Assembly (NCBI GenBank): GCA_903828955.1
Contig: CAIKOA010000016.1
Location: 10,350-74,349, forward strand
Direction: 5' to 3'
Length of the DNA stretch: 64,000 nucleotides
From: an uncultured Candidatus Micrarchaeota archaeon
Lineage (GTDB): Archaea > Micrarchaeota > Micrarchaeia > Anstonellales > Bilamarchaeaceae
The notes under the pieces: generated by a model
What the model was told of the DNA's origin: nothing
Databases searched by the model: none
What the model saw: only the letters and a program-made list of their open reading frames with translations
In this document: piece after piece, positions 54,321-62,856 of the stretch
Layout of the letters: the number at the start of each line of letters is the position of its first letter
How positions within the stretch are numbered: position 1 is the first letter of the stretch
Translations under genes and position numbers: made by a program

Positions 54321-55655
54321 ATGGACCTTGGGCAGAGCCTCAGGCAGCTTGTTGCAAAGATTACGAACGCTCCGGTAATCGATGAGAAAGCCGTAAAATC
54401 CTTCACAAAGGATTTGCAGAGGATTCTCATCGCCTCGGATGTCAGCGTAAAGCTTGTCTTCGACCTCACTAAAAGAATAGAAAAAAGAGCTCTTGAGAGC
54501 GAGCAGATGCAAGGCCTCACTCTCCGCGAGCACCTCCTGAAAGTAGTCCACGACGAGCTCGTCCAGTTCATGGGCTCTTCCTACACCCCGAAAATGGAGA
54601 AGCACAAAATTCTCTTAATGGGCCTATTCGGAAGCGGAAAAACCACCGGAGCCGGAAAGCTCGCCTACTTCTACAAGAAAAGGGGCATGAGCGTAGGCTT
54701 AGTCGGCGCAGATGTTGAACGCCCCGCAGCCCAGGAGCAGCTCGAGCAGCTTTCAGAGCAAATAGGGGTTCATTTCTACACCGTTAAAGGCGAAAAGGAC
54801 GCCTACAAAGTGGTCCAGGACGCCCTCTCCAAATCCAAAGACGACATTCTCATAGTTGATTCCGCAGGAAGGAGCGCCTTCGATGAAAGGCTTGCAGAAG
54901 AGCTCACAAAAATAGGCGAAATTCTCCATCCCGATGAATCCTACCTTGTCCTGAGCGCCGATATCGGCCAAATCGCCGGCAAGCAGGCCCAGGAATTCAA
55001 CTCCCTCATTCCCATTACCGGAGTAATCGTAACCAAAATGGACGGCTCCGGAAAAGGAGGCGGAGCCCTCTCCGCAGTTGCCGCAACCGGCGCCAAAATC
55101 TCCTTCATAGGTGTCGGAGAAAAGATGGAGGATTTGGAAATCTACGATTCCTCGCGCTTCGTAGGCAGATTGCTCGGAATCCCAGATATTGCCGGCTTAA
55201 TGGAAAAAGTAAAGGCAGTTACCGAAGAATCCCAAATAAAGGAAGAGGATTTCCAGGAACTCACAATAGAATCCTTCTACAACCAGCTCAAAGCGGCTAA
55301 AAAGATGGGTCCCCTCGGCGGCCTCTTCTCCATGATGGGCGCCTCGGATATTCCCAAAGACGTCATAAACCAGAGCGAAGGCAAAATGAAGCTCTACGAA
55401 TCCATGATTAATTCCATGACCAAAGAGGAAAGGAAGGACGCTTCCCTTCTCCGCAAATCCCGCTCAAGAATGGAGAGAGTTGCCCGCGGAGCCGGCTGCA
55501 CCCTAGAAGATGTAAGAGGGTTCCTCGCCCAGTTCTCCAAAATGGAAAAGATGTTCGACCGCTTCAGGAAGGACCGCGGCTTCCGCAAGAAAATGGAAAA
55601 AATGATTAAGGGCGGCGGCATGGGCAACATGAACCTGCCCGGACTGATGGGTTAA
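54321..55655 (+). CDS. srp54: Signal recognition particle protein SRP54
   Basis: MDLGQSLRQLVAKI N-domain. GLFGSGKTTGAGKLA, DSAGR, TKMDGSGKGGGALS. Met-rich M-domain. Track start 54132 adds a non-homologous extension that overlaps the neighbouring gene. Confidence 0.95.
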   Translation: MDLGQSLRQLVAKITNAPVIDEKAVKSFTKDLQRILIASDVSVKLVFDLTKRIEKRALESEQMQGLTLREHLLKVVHDELVQFMGSSYTPKMEKHKILLMGLFGSGKTTGAGKLAYFYKKRGMSVGLVGADVERPAAQEQLEQLSEQIGVHFYTVKGEKDAYKVVQDALSKSKDDILIVDSAGRSAFDERLAEELTKIGEILHPDESYLVLSADIGQIAGKQAQEFNSLIPITGVIVTKMDGSGKGGGALSAVAATGAKISFIGVGEKMEDLEIYDSSRFVGRLLGIPDIAGLMEKVKAVTEESQIKEEDFQELTIESFYNQLKAAKKMGPLGGLFSMMGASDIPKDVINQSEGKMKLYESMINSMTKEERKDASLLRKSRSRMERVARGAGCTLEDVRGFLAQFSKMEKMFDRFRKDRGFRKKMEKMIKGGGMGNMNLPGLMG

Positions 55656-56122
55656 TCCCCAGCAAAATCCGTTTCCATTATTTTCTCGCTCTCAATCCCC
55701 AAAGAATAGATGATTTCGTGCAATTCCTCTGCATCCGCCTCCCCGCGGACCGCGACGAAATTCCCCAGCATATCGATATGTATGAGCCTTACCTGCAGCC
55801 TTCCAACCAAATGCTCATTCATTTCCAGATCCATTTCCTTCAATAAGCTGAATATTCTCCCAAAAATCCTTTTCGCGGAAACAAAATCCACAACCCTGGT
55901 GGAAATCAAATCAAAGCATCCATTTTCCTCATTATATCTCGCAAGCTCGACCGTTCCGCCTCCCCCAGCCGGATCCGCAACCAGCCGTAAGCTTCCCCTT
56001 CCCTGCGAATCATAGAACGCAGTTCTCTCTTTTCCGGAAAACTGCTTCCTCGACTCCATTCCAGCAAGCTTGCGCTCAATCTCCTTGAATCCGCCGCCCA
56101 CATGCGCAATTATTTCCTTCAC
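55652..56122 (-). CDS. CYTH-domain protein (class IV adenylate cyclase / triphosphatase-like)
   Basis: N-terminal EXEXK motif (KEIERKL) and MLGNFVAVRGEA resembling the LGxFvEiE strand. 156 aa. Confidence 0.55.
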   Translation of the reverse strand: MKEIIAHVGGGFKEIERKLAGMESRKQFSGKERTAFYDSQGRGSLRLVADPAGGGGTVELARYNEENGCFDLISTRVVDFVSAKRIFGRIFSLLKEMDLEMNEHLVGRLQVRLIHIDMLGNFVAVRGEADAEELHEIIYSLGIESEKIMETDFAGD

Positions 56123-56128
56123 TTTTCA

Positions 56129-56371
56129 TTACCCGCTTGGGGCAGGCACATTATACCCGCTCCCTTCCTCAGGCTTGTCCGTATCCACATTGAAAAGGTT
56201 GCCTACGTCACTCGCATTCGCTCCTGCCCCGGCAGTTGTTCCGGTTCCACCTGTAGTGGTTCCAGTCCCTCCAGTAGTCGTTCCAACCGGAGCAGTCTCC
56301 CCCTTCTTAGCGCACCCTGCAAAAACAAGCAAAACCGCCACAAGCACCAAAGCCAATATCTTGAAGTTCAT
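56129..56371 (-). CDS. Small lipoprotein-like protein with T/G-rich repeats
   Basis: MNFKILALVLVAVLLVFAGCAKK (lipobox-like FAGC), then TTTGGTGTTTGGTGTTAGAG. ATG lies 1 nt after the upstream stop. Confidence 0.5.
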   Translation of the reverse strand: MNFKILALVLVAVLLVFAGCAKKGETAPVGTTTGGTGTTTGGTGTTAGAGANASDVGNLFNVDTDKPEEGSGYNVPAPSG

Positions 56372-56372
56372 T

Positions 56373-57272
56373 TCAGACACCCGCAAAGTAAAGCGTATAG
56401 AGCGCATTGAACCTCTGCATCAGGGAAAGCCCTTCAGTCCAGCACTGCGTATTCTTCGCCGCATATCCCGCGTCCACGCTCTTCGAATACTCGCACTCAT
56501 TAATGAGGTCCTGTGTATCCGCCTTGATTCCATCCATCTGCTCAACCAATTTATCCTTATTTGTATTATTTCCGGCCTCGATTACCGGCTTCGCATAATC
56601 AATGACCGCAACCATCTTCTCAAGCCTGAAGAGCAATATGATTCTTGAGTGCCTCGCATACAAATCGCTAACCTGCTTCACATCCTCGCTGTCGTATGCG
56701 CCCGGGATATCCACTTTCAGCTCCTCGCCCTCCCGCGCCCTCTTCTCCATCCCCGTGGTATCCGCGCCCGTCGCATTCAGTTCCCCGATCTGGGAGTTCC
56801 CATATTCTATTTCATTGCCCACATAATCATTAGCCGCAGACTTCCCGTCCTTGAACGCCCCGCTCTGGCAGTGCTTCAGGTCCTCGTTCTTCTTATCGTT
56901 GTCCTTGTTCGCGCAGCTCCTGAAACCAGAGCTCTTGTTTGTGAATCCGTCCCCCACAACCGCAAGCCCGAGGCCGAGCATCTCCGCCCTCGCGCTGAAC
57001 ATTGAAGCCCCGAAAACGAGCCCGTTGCCCGAATCCGCGGCGCTTTTCGCACTTTCCATGTCCCCGTCTATGCGGCCCATGTTCGCGCTGAAATCCGGAA
57101 ACGTGTCCCCGTTGTCCTTTGCGCAGTGCCCCCTTGTATCCACGATGTCCTGGGCGAACTTCACATTGCATTCTGTATACTTGTACTCGGAATTAAGCAC
57201 AGCCGGCAGCGCCGCATTCGTCCAAGCGAACGCAATTCCCAAAACCACGAGCAAAAGTATGAGTTTTTTCAT
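56373..57272 (-). CDS. Secreted protein of unknown function
   Basis: Signal peptide MKKLILLLVVLGIAFAWTNAA. Several Cys. No family recognised. Confidence 0.5.
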   Translation of the reverse strand: MKKLILLLVVLGIAFAWTNAALPAVLNSEYKYTECNVKFAQDIVDTRGHCAKDNGDTFPDFSANMGRIDGDMESAKSAADSGNGLVFGASMFSARAEMLGLGLAVVGDGFTNKSSGFRSCANKDNDKKNEDLKHCQSGAFKDGKSAANDYVGNEIEYGNSQIGELNATGADTTGMEKRAREGEELKVDIPGAYDSEDVKQVSDLYARHSRIILLFRLEKMVAVIDYAKPVIEAGNNTNKDKLVEQMDGIKADTQDLINECEYSKSVDAGYAAKNTQCWTEGLSLMQRFNALYTLYFAGV

Positions 57273-57336
57273 TGCAAAGCCTCTTTTCCCCTTTCAACGC
57301 CCCCCTTTAAAATAATTATTAGTTATTGCTCTCTCC

Positions 57337-57531
57337 ATGCCAATCGAAATCAACCACTCAAGATGCATCCAGTGCATAGGATGCGCTTCCGTATGCCCGG
57401 TGGGCGCAATAGAGCTTATCGGCCTCCGGATGGTCTTCCACCCGGAAAAATGCATTTCCTGCGGGGCATGCGCAAAAGCCTGCCCTGCAAATGCAATCAA
57501 GTTCATCCCCAAGGCGGGAGTGAAGAAATAG
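57337..57531 (+). CDS. 2x[4Fe-4S] ferredoxin
   Basis: CIQCIGCASVCP and CISCGACAKACP. Confidence 0.85.
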   Translation: MPIEINHSRCIQCIGCASVCPVGAIELIGLRMVFHPEKCISCGACAKACPANAIKFIPKAGVKK

Positions 57532-57540
57532 GTGCTGCCC

Positions 57541-58770
57541 ATGAAATATGATTATGATGTGATTATAGTTGGCGCAGGCCCTTCAGGCTCCACAATCTCC
57601 AGGATTCTCGCCCAGAACGGCATGGAAGTGATGGTTTTCGACAAAAGGAAAGAGCTCGGGGAGCCCATCCGCTGCGGTGAAGGCTTAGGAGCTAGAGAAG
57701 TGATCTCCCAGGGCCTGGATATCCCCCGCTCCTGCGTCTCCACAGATATTAAGGGCGCAAAGGTAATTTCTCCAGATGGTTCTTCTATAGTTTGGAAAAG
57801 CAAGGAAACCACCGGCTGGGTTTTAGAGAGGAAAATGTTCGACAAATGGCTCATGGAGCAGGCGGTGCATAAAGGCGCCAAAGTTCAGTCTTATACGCGC
57901 GTTTTCGATTTGGTAAAGAAGGATGGAAAAATCCAGGGTGTAAAAGTCTCCCATGCAGACCACGAGCCCTACGAGGTTTCCGCGCCACTGGTTGTTTCCG
58001 CTGAAGGAATGGAAGCAACGCTCGCAAGAAAAGCCGGCTTCCGCGCCTTCTCCTCCCTCTACGATGTGGATACCTGCTACCAATACGAAATGCAGGAATA
58101 CGACCATGAGAATTTAATCGAGCTTTATTTCGGGACCAAAAGCTCCCCCAGAGGCTACGTGTGGATTTTCCCGAAAAACGACAAGAAGGCAAACGTAGGG
58201 ATAGGAATCGGCGCGCATTTGGAAACCGGCGTAAAGGAAGGCGGAATTAAGGGCGCAACCCCCAAAGATTACCTGGACCGCTTCATCGCAAACCATCCGC
58301 AACTCAAGAATGCAAGCAAACTGCAGGACACCGGAGGGATAATCTCCGTTTCCGCGGCAATAGACTCCTTTGCAAAAGACAACTTCATGGTGACCGCAAC
58401 CGCAGCAAGGCAGGTGGACCCAATCCACGGAGGCGGAATCGCCATGGCGATGGAAGGAGGGCTGCTTGCCGCCTCCACAATAATGAAGGCGCACAAAGCC
58501 AATGATTACTCGGAGAAAATGCTGAAAGAATACGAAACCGCCTGGAGAAACACGCTCGGAAAGAAGGTCGCAAAGAGGCTCCTTCTCCGCAAGGTGATGG
58601 AAGCCGCCTCTGATGAAGATTTCAACTACATCTTCAAGACCATAAACCAGGACGACCTTGACCAGGTTATGAAGGGGAATTTCGCCGGGCCTGTCGCAAA
58701 AGTGGTTGCAGGAAGGCCGCAGCTCATGGGCCTCCTCAAAGCCCTGATTTCCTCAAGGGAAACGGTTTAA
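57541..58770 (+). CDS. Geranylgeranyl reductase family (digeranylgeranylglycerophospholipid reductase)
   Basis: FAD motif YDVIIVGAGPSGS, RCGEGLG, and GGGIAMAMEGG. Lies directly after the ferredoxin gene. Confidence 0.9.
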   Translation: MKYDYDVIIVGAGPSGSTISRILAQNGMEVMVFDKRKELGEPIRCGEGLGAREVISQGLDIPRSCVSTDIKGAKVISPDGSSIVWKSKETTGWVLERKMFDKWLMEQAVHKGAKVQSYTRVFDLVKKDGKIQGVKVSHADHEPYEVSAPLVVSAEGMEATLARKAGFRAFSSLYDVDTCYQYEMQEYDHENLIELYFGTKSSPRGYVWIFPKNDKKANVGIGIGAHLETGVKEGGIKGATPKDYLDRFIANHPQLKNASKLQDTGGIISVSAAIDSFAKDNFMVTATAARQVDPIHGGGIAMAMEGGLLAASTIMKAHKANDYSEKMLKEYETAWRNTLGKKVAKRLLLRKVMEAASDEDFNYIFKTINQDDLDQVMKGNFAGPVAKVVAGRPQLMGLLKALISSRETV

Positions 58771-58836
58771 TTTTTTATTTCAATTTTTGCCCCCCTTTCC
58801 TCATATTTTAAATATCTCACCGATATAACTCCAAAA

Positions 58837-60099
58837 ATGGCGAAATTGAAGCGCGAAATCACCCTCACCACCGCCACAATAATGGGCATTTCCGTAATCG
58901 TGGGCGCAGGCATCTACTCATTAATAGGCGCAGCAACCACGGTAGCCGGAAGCGGGGTCTGGCTCTCCTTCCTTATCGCAGCAATCGTCGCCCTATTCAC
59001 CGGTTTAAGCTATGCTGAACTCGCCTCGATGTTCCCGCACGCTGGCTCTTCGTTCCTCTACGTAACAAAGGGCTTCAACAACAAGCTCTTCGGTTTCAGC
59101 GCGGGCTGGCTGATACTTTTCGAAACGGTCGTGGGCGCAGCCGCAATCTCGATGTCTTTTGGCAACTACCTCGCCTCAATAATCTCTTTTCCAATAATGC
59201 TCGCGGCCTTAGGGGTAATCCTCCTCCTTTCCATAGTCAACCTCATCGGGATAAAGGAATCCCTCTTCCTGAACAATTTCCTTTTCGTATTGGAAGTGGG
59301 CGGCCTCATCCTAGTAATAATGATGGGCTTCCTTTTTGGCTCCGCCCATCCAAATCTCCTGAATTTCCAGTTCCCCTCAGTGCTCACCGGAGCAGCCCTC
59401 GTCTTCTTTGCGATGCTCGGCTTCGAAATGATCGCAACCGAAAGCGAGGAGGCAAAGGACGCCAGGCACACGATTCCCTACGCAATGGTCCTCTCCATAA
59501 TAATTTGCGCGGTTCTCTACACACTCTTCGCAATCGCATCCCTTATGCTGGTAAGCCCCGAGGTTCTCGGGATTTCCACCGCCCCCGTAAAAGACATCGT
59601 TTACCCCCTCCTTGGGCAATACTCCTACCTCTTCTCCTTCCTTGCGCTTGCCTCCACCGGGAGCACGATCCTCGTCTGCCTCATCACCGCCTCCCGCCTC
59701 TCCTATGGGATGGCGAGGGAAAGCACGCTCCCGAAATTCCTCTCCAAGGTGAATTCCAGGTTCCGCACCCCGCACTTCTCCGTATTCGCAGCTTTCATAA
59801 TCGCATCCGCCTTCCTTCTCCTTGCGAACATGGTAATCATCGCGGAAGTGACCAATTTCGCCGCCCTCCTCGCATTCTTCCTGGTTAATTTGAGCGTAAT
59901 CTGCCTTCGTTTCAGCAAGCCCAAAGAAAAACGCGCCTTCAGGATTCCCTTCTCGATTGGAAAGGTCCCCCTCATTCCGGTATTGGGCGCGCTCACCTCC
60001 CTGGGCCTCCTCTTCATGCTTTCCCAGGAGGCAATCCTCTACGGAATCGGGCTTACGGTGCTCGGCGGCTTGGTGCACATTCTGATGCCGAAGAACTAG
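58837..60099 (+). CDS. APC-superfamily amino acid permease
   Basis: About 12 TM segments. N-terminal LTTATIMGISVIVGAGIYSLIG, typical of the amino acid/polyamine/organocation family. Confidence 0.85.
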   Translation: MAKLKREITLTTATIMGISVIVGAGIYSLIGAATTVAGSGVWLSFLIAAIVALFTGLSYAELASMFPHAGSSFLYVTKGFNNKLFGFSAGWLILFETVVGAAAISMSFGNYLASIISFPIMLAALGVILLLSIVNLIGIKESLFLNNFLFVLEVGGLILVIMMGFLFGSAHPNLLNFQFPSVLTGAALVFFAMLGFEMIATESEEAKDARHTIPYAMVLSIIICAVLYTLFAIASLMLVSPEVLGISTAPVKDIVYPLLGQYSYLFSFLALASTGSTILVCLITASRLSYGMARESTLPKFLSKVNSRFRTPHFSVFAAFIIASAFLLLANMVIIAEVTNFAALLAFFLVNLSVICLRFSKPKEKRAFRIPFSIGKVPLIPVLGALTSLGLLFMLSQEAILYGIGLTVLGGLVHILMPKN

Positions 60100-60156
60100 C
60101 CCCTTTATTTAATTTTCCCAACTATATAAACAGCCATTAGTCAGTTGGTGTTCACA

Positions 60157-61254
60157 ATGGGCAAAATAAAATGCGGCGTAGTCGGGGTTGGAAACTGCTT
60201 CTCAGGCCTCTACCAGGGCCTCCATTATTACAGGGAGCACTCTGAAAAGGAAGTAATCGGCCTCATGCACCAGGACATGGCCAGCTACAAAACCCATGAT
60301 ATCGAATTCGTTTCCGCCTTCGACGTTTCTTCCCTCAAAGTGGGCAAGCCGCTCAGCGAAGCGGTCTATGCAAAGCCCAACATGGTCGACTGGGTAAAAG
60401 TCCCCAAATCCAATGTAATTGTCCAGGAATCTCCAGTTCTAGACGGAGTGGGAAAATACGTAGAAGAGCTCATCAAGCCCGTAAAGAACAAGCCGATGGA
60501 CCAATTGAAGAAGGACATAAAGAAGCACATCGAGGATACGGGCACGGAAATAATCGTAAGCTACCTTCCCGTAGGAAGCCAGCAGGCAGCCGAATTCTGG
60601 GCGCAGATGTGCCTCGATACAAACACCGCATTCGTAAACTGCATGCCCGTATTCATTGCTTCCAATCCCGCCTGGGAAAAGAAATTCCGCGAGAAGAAAG
60701 TTCCGGTAATCGGGGATGATATCAAAGGCCAGATTGGCGCCACAATAGTTCACCGTGTTCTCACCCGCCTCACCCGCGACCGCGGCGCAGAACTCGACAA
60801 GACCTACCAACTAAACGTCGGAGGCAATACTGATTTCAAAAACATGCTCGAAAGGGAACGCCTCGAATCCAAGAAGGTTTCCAAGACCGAATCCGTCCAA
60901 TCCCAATTGAAAAAGAGGATGCCCGACGAGAATATCCATGTGGGCCCGAGCGACTTCGTTCCCTTCCTCCACAATACAAAAATCTGCTTTATTTACATGT
61001 ACGGAAGGCAATGGGCGGACGTTCCCTACAAGCTTGACCTCAAGTTGGAAGTAGATGATAAGGCGAATTCCGCAGGAATAGTGGTTGACGCAATACGCGC
61101 AGCAAGGATTGCAAAGGACCGCAAATACGGAGGCGCAATCGAATCCGCTTCCGCCTACCTAATGAAGCACCCGCCTGTCCAGATGAGCGATTCCGAAGCA
61201 AGATTAGCTCTTGAGTACTTCATTATGGGCAAGAGCGAGAAGACCGGGCAATAG
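60157..61254 (+). CDS. myo-Inositol-1-phosphate synthase
   Basis: GVVGVGNCFSGLYQGLHYY and NVGGNTDFKNMLERERLESKKVSKT. Confidence 0.9.
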   Translation: MGKIKCGVVGVGNCFSGLYQGLHYYREHSEKEVIGLMHQDMASYKTHDIEFVSAFDVSSLKVGKPLSEAVYAKPNMVDWVKVPKSNVIVQESPVLDGVGKYVEELIKPVKNKPMDQLKKDIKKHIEDTGTEIIVSYLPVGSQQAAEFWAQMCLDTNTAFVNCMPVFIASNPAWEKKFREKKVPVIGDDIKGQIGATIVHRVLTRLTRDRGAELDKTYQLNVGGNTDFKNMLERERLESKKVSKTESVQSQLKKRMPDENIHVGPSDFVPFLHNTKICFIYMYGRQWADVPYKLDLKLEVDDKANSAGIVVDAIRAARIAKDRKYGGAIESASAYLMKHPPVQMSDSEARLALEYFIMGKSEKTGQ

Positions 61255-61875
61255 CTAAAAATCCGTCAATTTCGGCTGAAGCACCCTATCCATGGTGCTC
61301 CATTTCTCCCGTATGTGCCCCTTCAATTTCTGTCTTTTAACCGGATCCTTAAGCGCATTTATAGTCCGCTCATCCGCAGGATAGCCGCTTCCTATTTCGC
61401 CTACTTCCTCCGCCAGCCTCTCAATAAGCCGGTCGCGCACCACCTTGGCAAGAATAGAAGCCGCCCCAACAATCGGATAATTCGCATCCGCCTTGTGCTC
61501 CGCAACCACATCCCGATGCGTTAGCCCGGCCTTCGCAATGAATTTATCCGGGTATTTTTCCGGAAGGTCTATGTATACCCTCCCTTCAACTGAAGAGGCA
61601 AGCTCCCCCATTGCCAGCGCCTCAATCAGGTTTAGGGATTCCTTCCCCATCCTCCTGTTCAATTCCGAAGCGGAAATAATGCGAAATTTAGGAGCGCAAA
61701 TCCTCTCCAGTTCCGGAAACAATTGCTCTCGTTTAGAAGGAGTTAACTTCTTGGAGTCATCCACTCCCAAATCAATTAGTTCCTTTTCATTTTTATGGGC
61801 AATGCTGGCCAGGCAAATAACTAGGGATGAAAGCACGGGACCTCTCCCGGCTTCATCAAGGCCAGAAATAAGCAT
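61255..61875 (-). CDS. rnhB: Ribonuclease HII
   Basis: ISGLDEAGRGPV, DDSKKLTPSKRE and SGYPAD. ATG at 61875 preferred. Its stop codon abuts the stop of the convergent inositol-phosphate synthase gene. Confidence 0.9.
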   Translation of the reverse strand: MLISGLDEAGRGPVLSSLVICLASIAHKNEKELIDLGVDDSKKLTPSKREQLFPELERICAPKFRIISASELNRRMGKESLNLIEALAMGELASSVEGRVYIDLPEKYPDKFIAKAGLTHRDVVAEHKADANYPIVGAASILAKVVRDRLIERLAEEVGEIGSGYPADERTINALKDPVKRQKLKGHIREKWSTMDRVLQPKLTDF

Positions 61876-61888
61876 AAAAAAAGAGAAA

Positions 61889-62155
61889 TTATGCGGTCGG
61901 CGATGCCAATCCGCGCTTCTCAATGATTACGAAGTCGCCTACCGCGAGAACCGTATCATACGAGCAGAGCACAAAGCCCTCGTCGCTCTTGAGGTTCTCC
62001 GCAAGCTGGCAGTCCGGGTTTGGCTCAACCACAAGCTCCTCAATCTTCCCAGTGAGCTCATTCACGTTAACGTCAACAAGTCTCCCGAAGTCCTCACCGT
62101 CATTAGTTATGACTTTCTTTCCAGATAGCTGTCTCGCAAGAGTATACTTGCCCAT
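61889..62155 (-). CDS. PRC-barrel domain protein
   Basis: LSGKKVITNDGEDFGRLVDVNVNELTGKIEELVV. Confidence 0.65.
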   Translation of the reverse strand: MGKYTLARQLSGKKVITNDGEDFGRLVDVNVNELTGKIEELVVEPNPDCQLAENLKSDEGFVLCSYDTVLAVGDFVIIEKRGLASPTA

Positions 62156-62220
62156 AGGAACACCTTTGGACTTTAATACACTTTAACTCTTTTTAAATCC
62201 TTCAGTTAACCACTCTTTCC

Positions 62221-62856
62221 ATGGTTGAAAAGCTTTTCCGCAGCGATTCCTATCTCTTTTCGTGCATTTCCAGGATTACTTCGGTTTCTGAGAAGGGAAT
62301 TACGCTCGATAAAACCGTCTTTTTCGCCTTTGCAGGCGGCCAGGCATCGGACGAGGGCACAATTGGCGGATTCAAGGTTCTCGAAGCAACCGCAGAAGGC
62401 CCGGAAATCTACTATAAATTGGAAGGAACTCCTTCCCTCCAAATCGGGCAGGAAGTAGACGTAAAAATAAACGAAGAAAAACGCATGAAAATAATGCGCC
62501 TACATTCCGCCGCCCACCTTGTTTACGAGGTTTTCGCCAAACACACCAATATACGCAAGCTCATAGGCTCGAACGTAACCGAGGAAAAATCCAGGTTCGA
62601 TTTCGAAATGCCCGAACCAATTACTCCTCTCCTTCCAAAACTGGAGGAAGAATCCAATTCTCTCATTTCCCAAAATCTCCCAATCAAAACCCACCCGGAT
62701 GAAAAGAACCCGGACAAATATTGGTGGGTCTGCGGAGAGATGAAGATGCCCTGCGGAGGCACGCACGTCCATTCCCTGGGCGAAATCGGAAAGATAAAAC
62801 TAAAAAGGAAGAATTTGGGAAGCGGAAAAGAGAGAATTGAAATCATTTTTGCCTAA
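62221..62856 (+). CDS. alaX: Alanyl-tRNA editing protein AlaX (AlaX-M type)
   Basis: [19 protein letters not shown], zinc motifs HSAAHLV and CGGTHV. Confidence 0.85.
   Translation: MVEKLFRSDSYLFSCISRITSVSEKGITLDKTVFFAFAGGQASDEGTIGGFKVLEATAEGPEIYYKLEGTPSLQIGQEVDVKINEEKRMKIMRLHSAAHLVYEVFAKHTNIRKLIGSNVTEEKSRFDFEMPEPITPLLPKLEEESNSLISQNLPIKTHPDEKNPDKYWWVCGEMKMPCGGTHVHSLGEIGKIKLKRKNLGSGKERIEIIFA

Noticed and set aside
59377-60078. 233-aa minus-strand ORF
   Set aside because: Antisense to the APC permease gene, whose ~12 TM pattern supports the plus frame.
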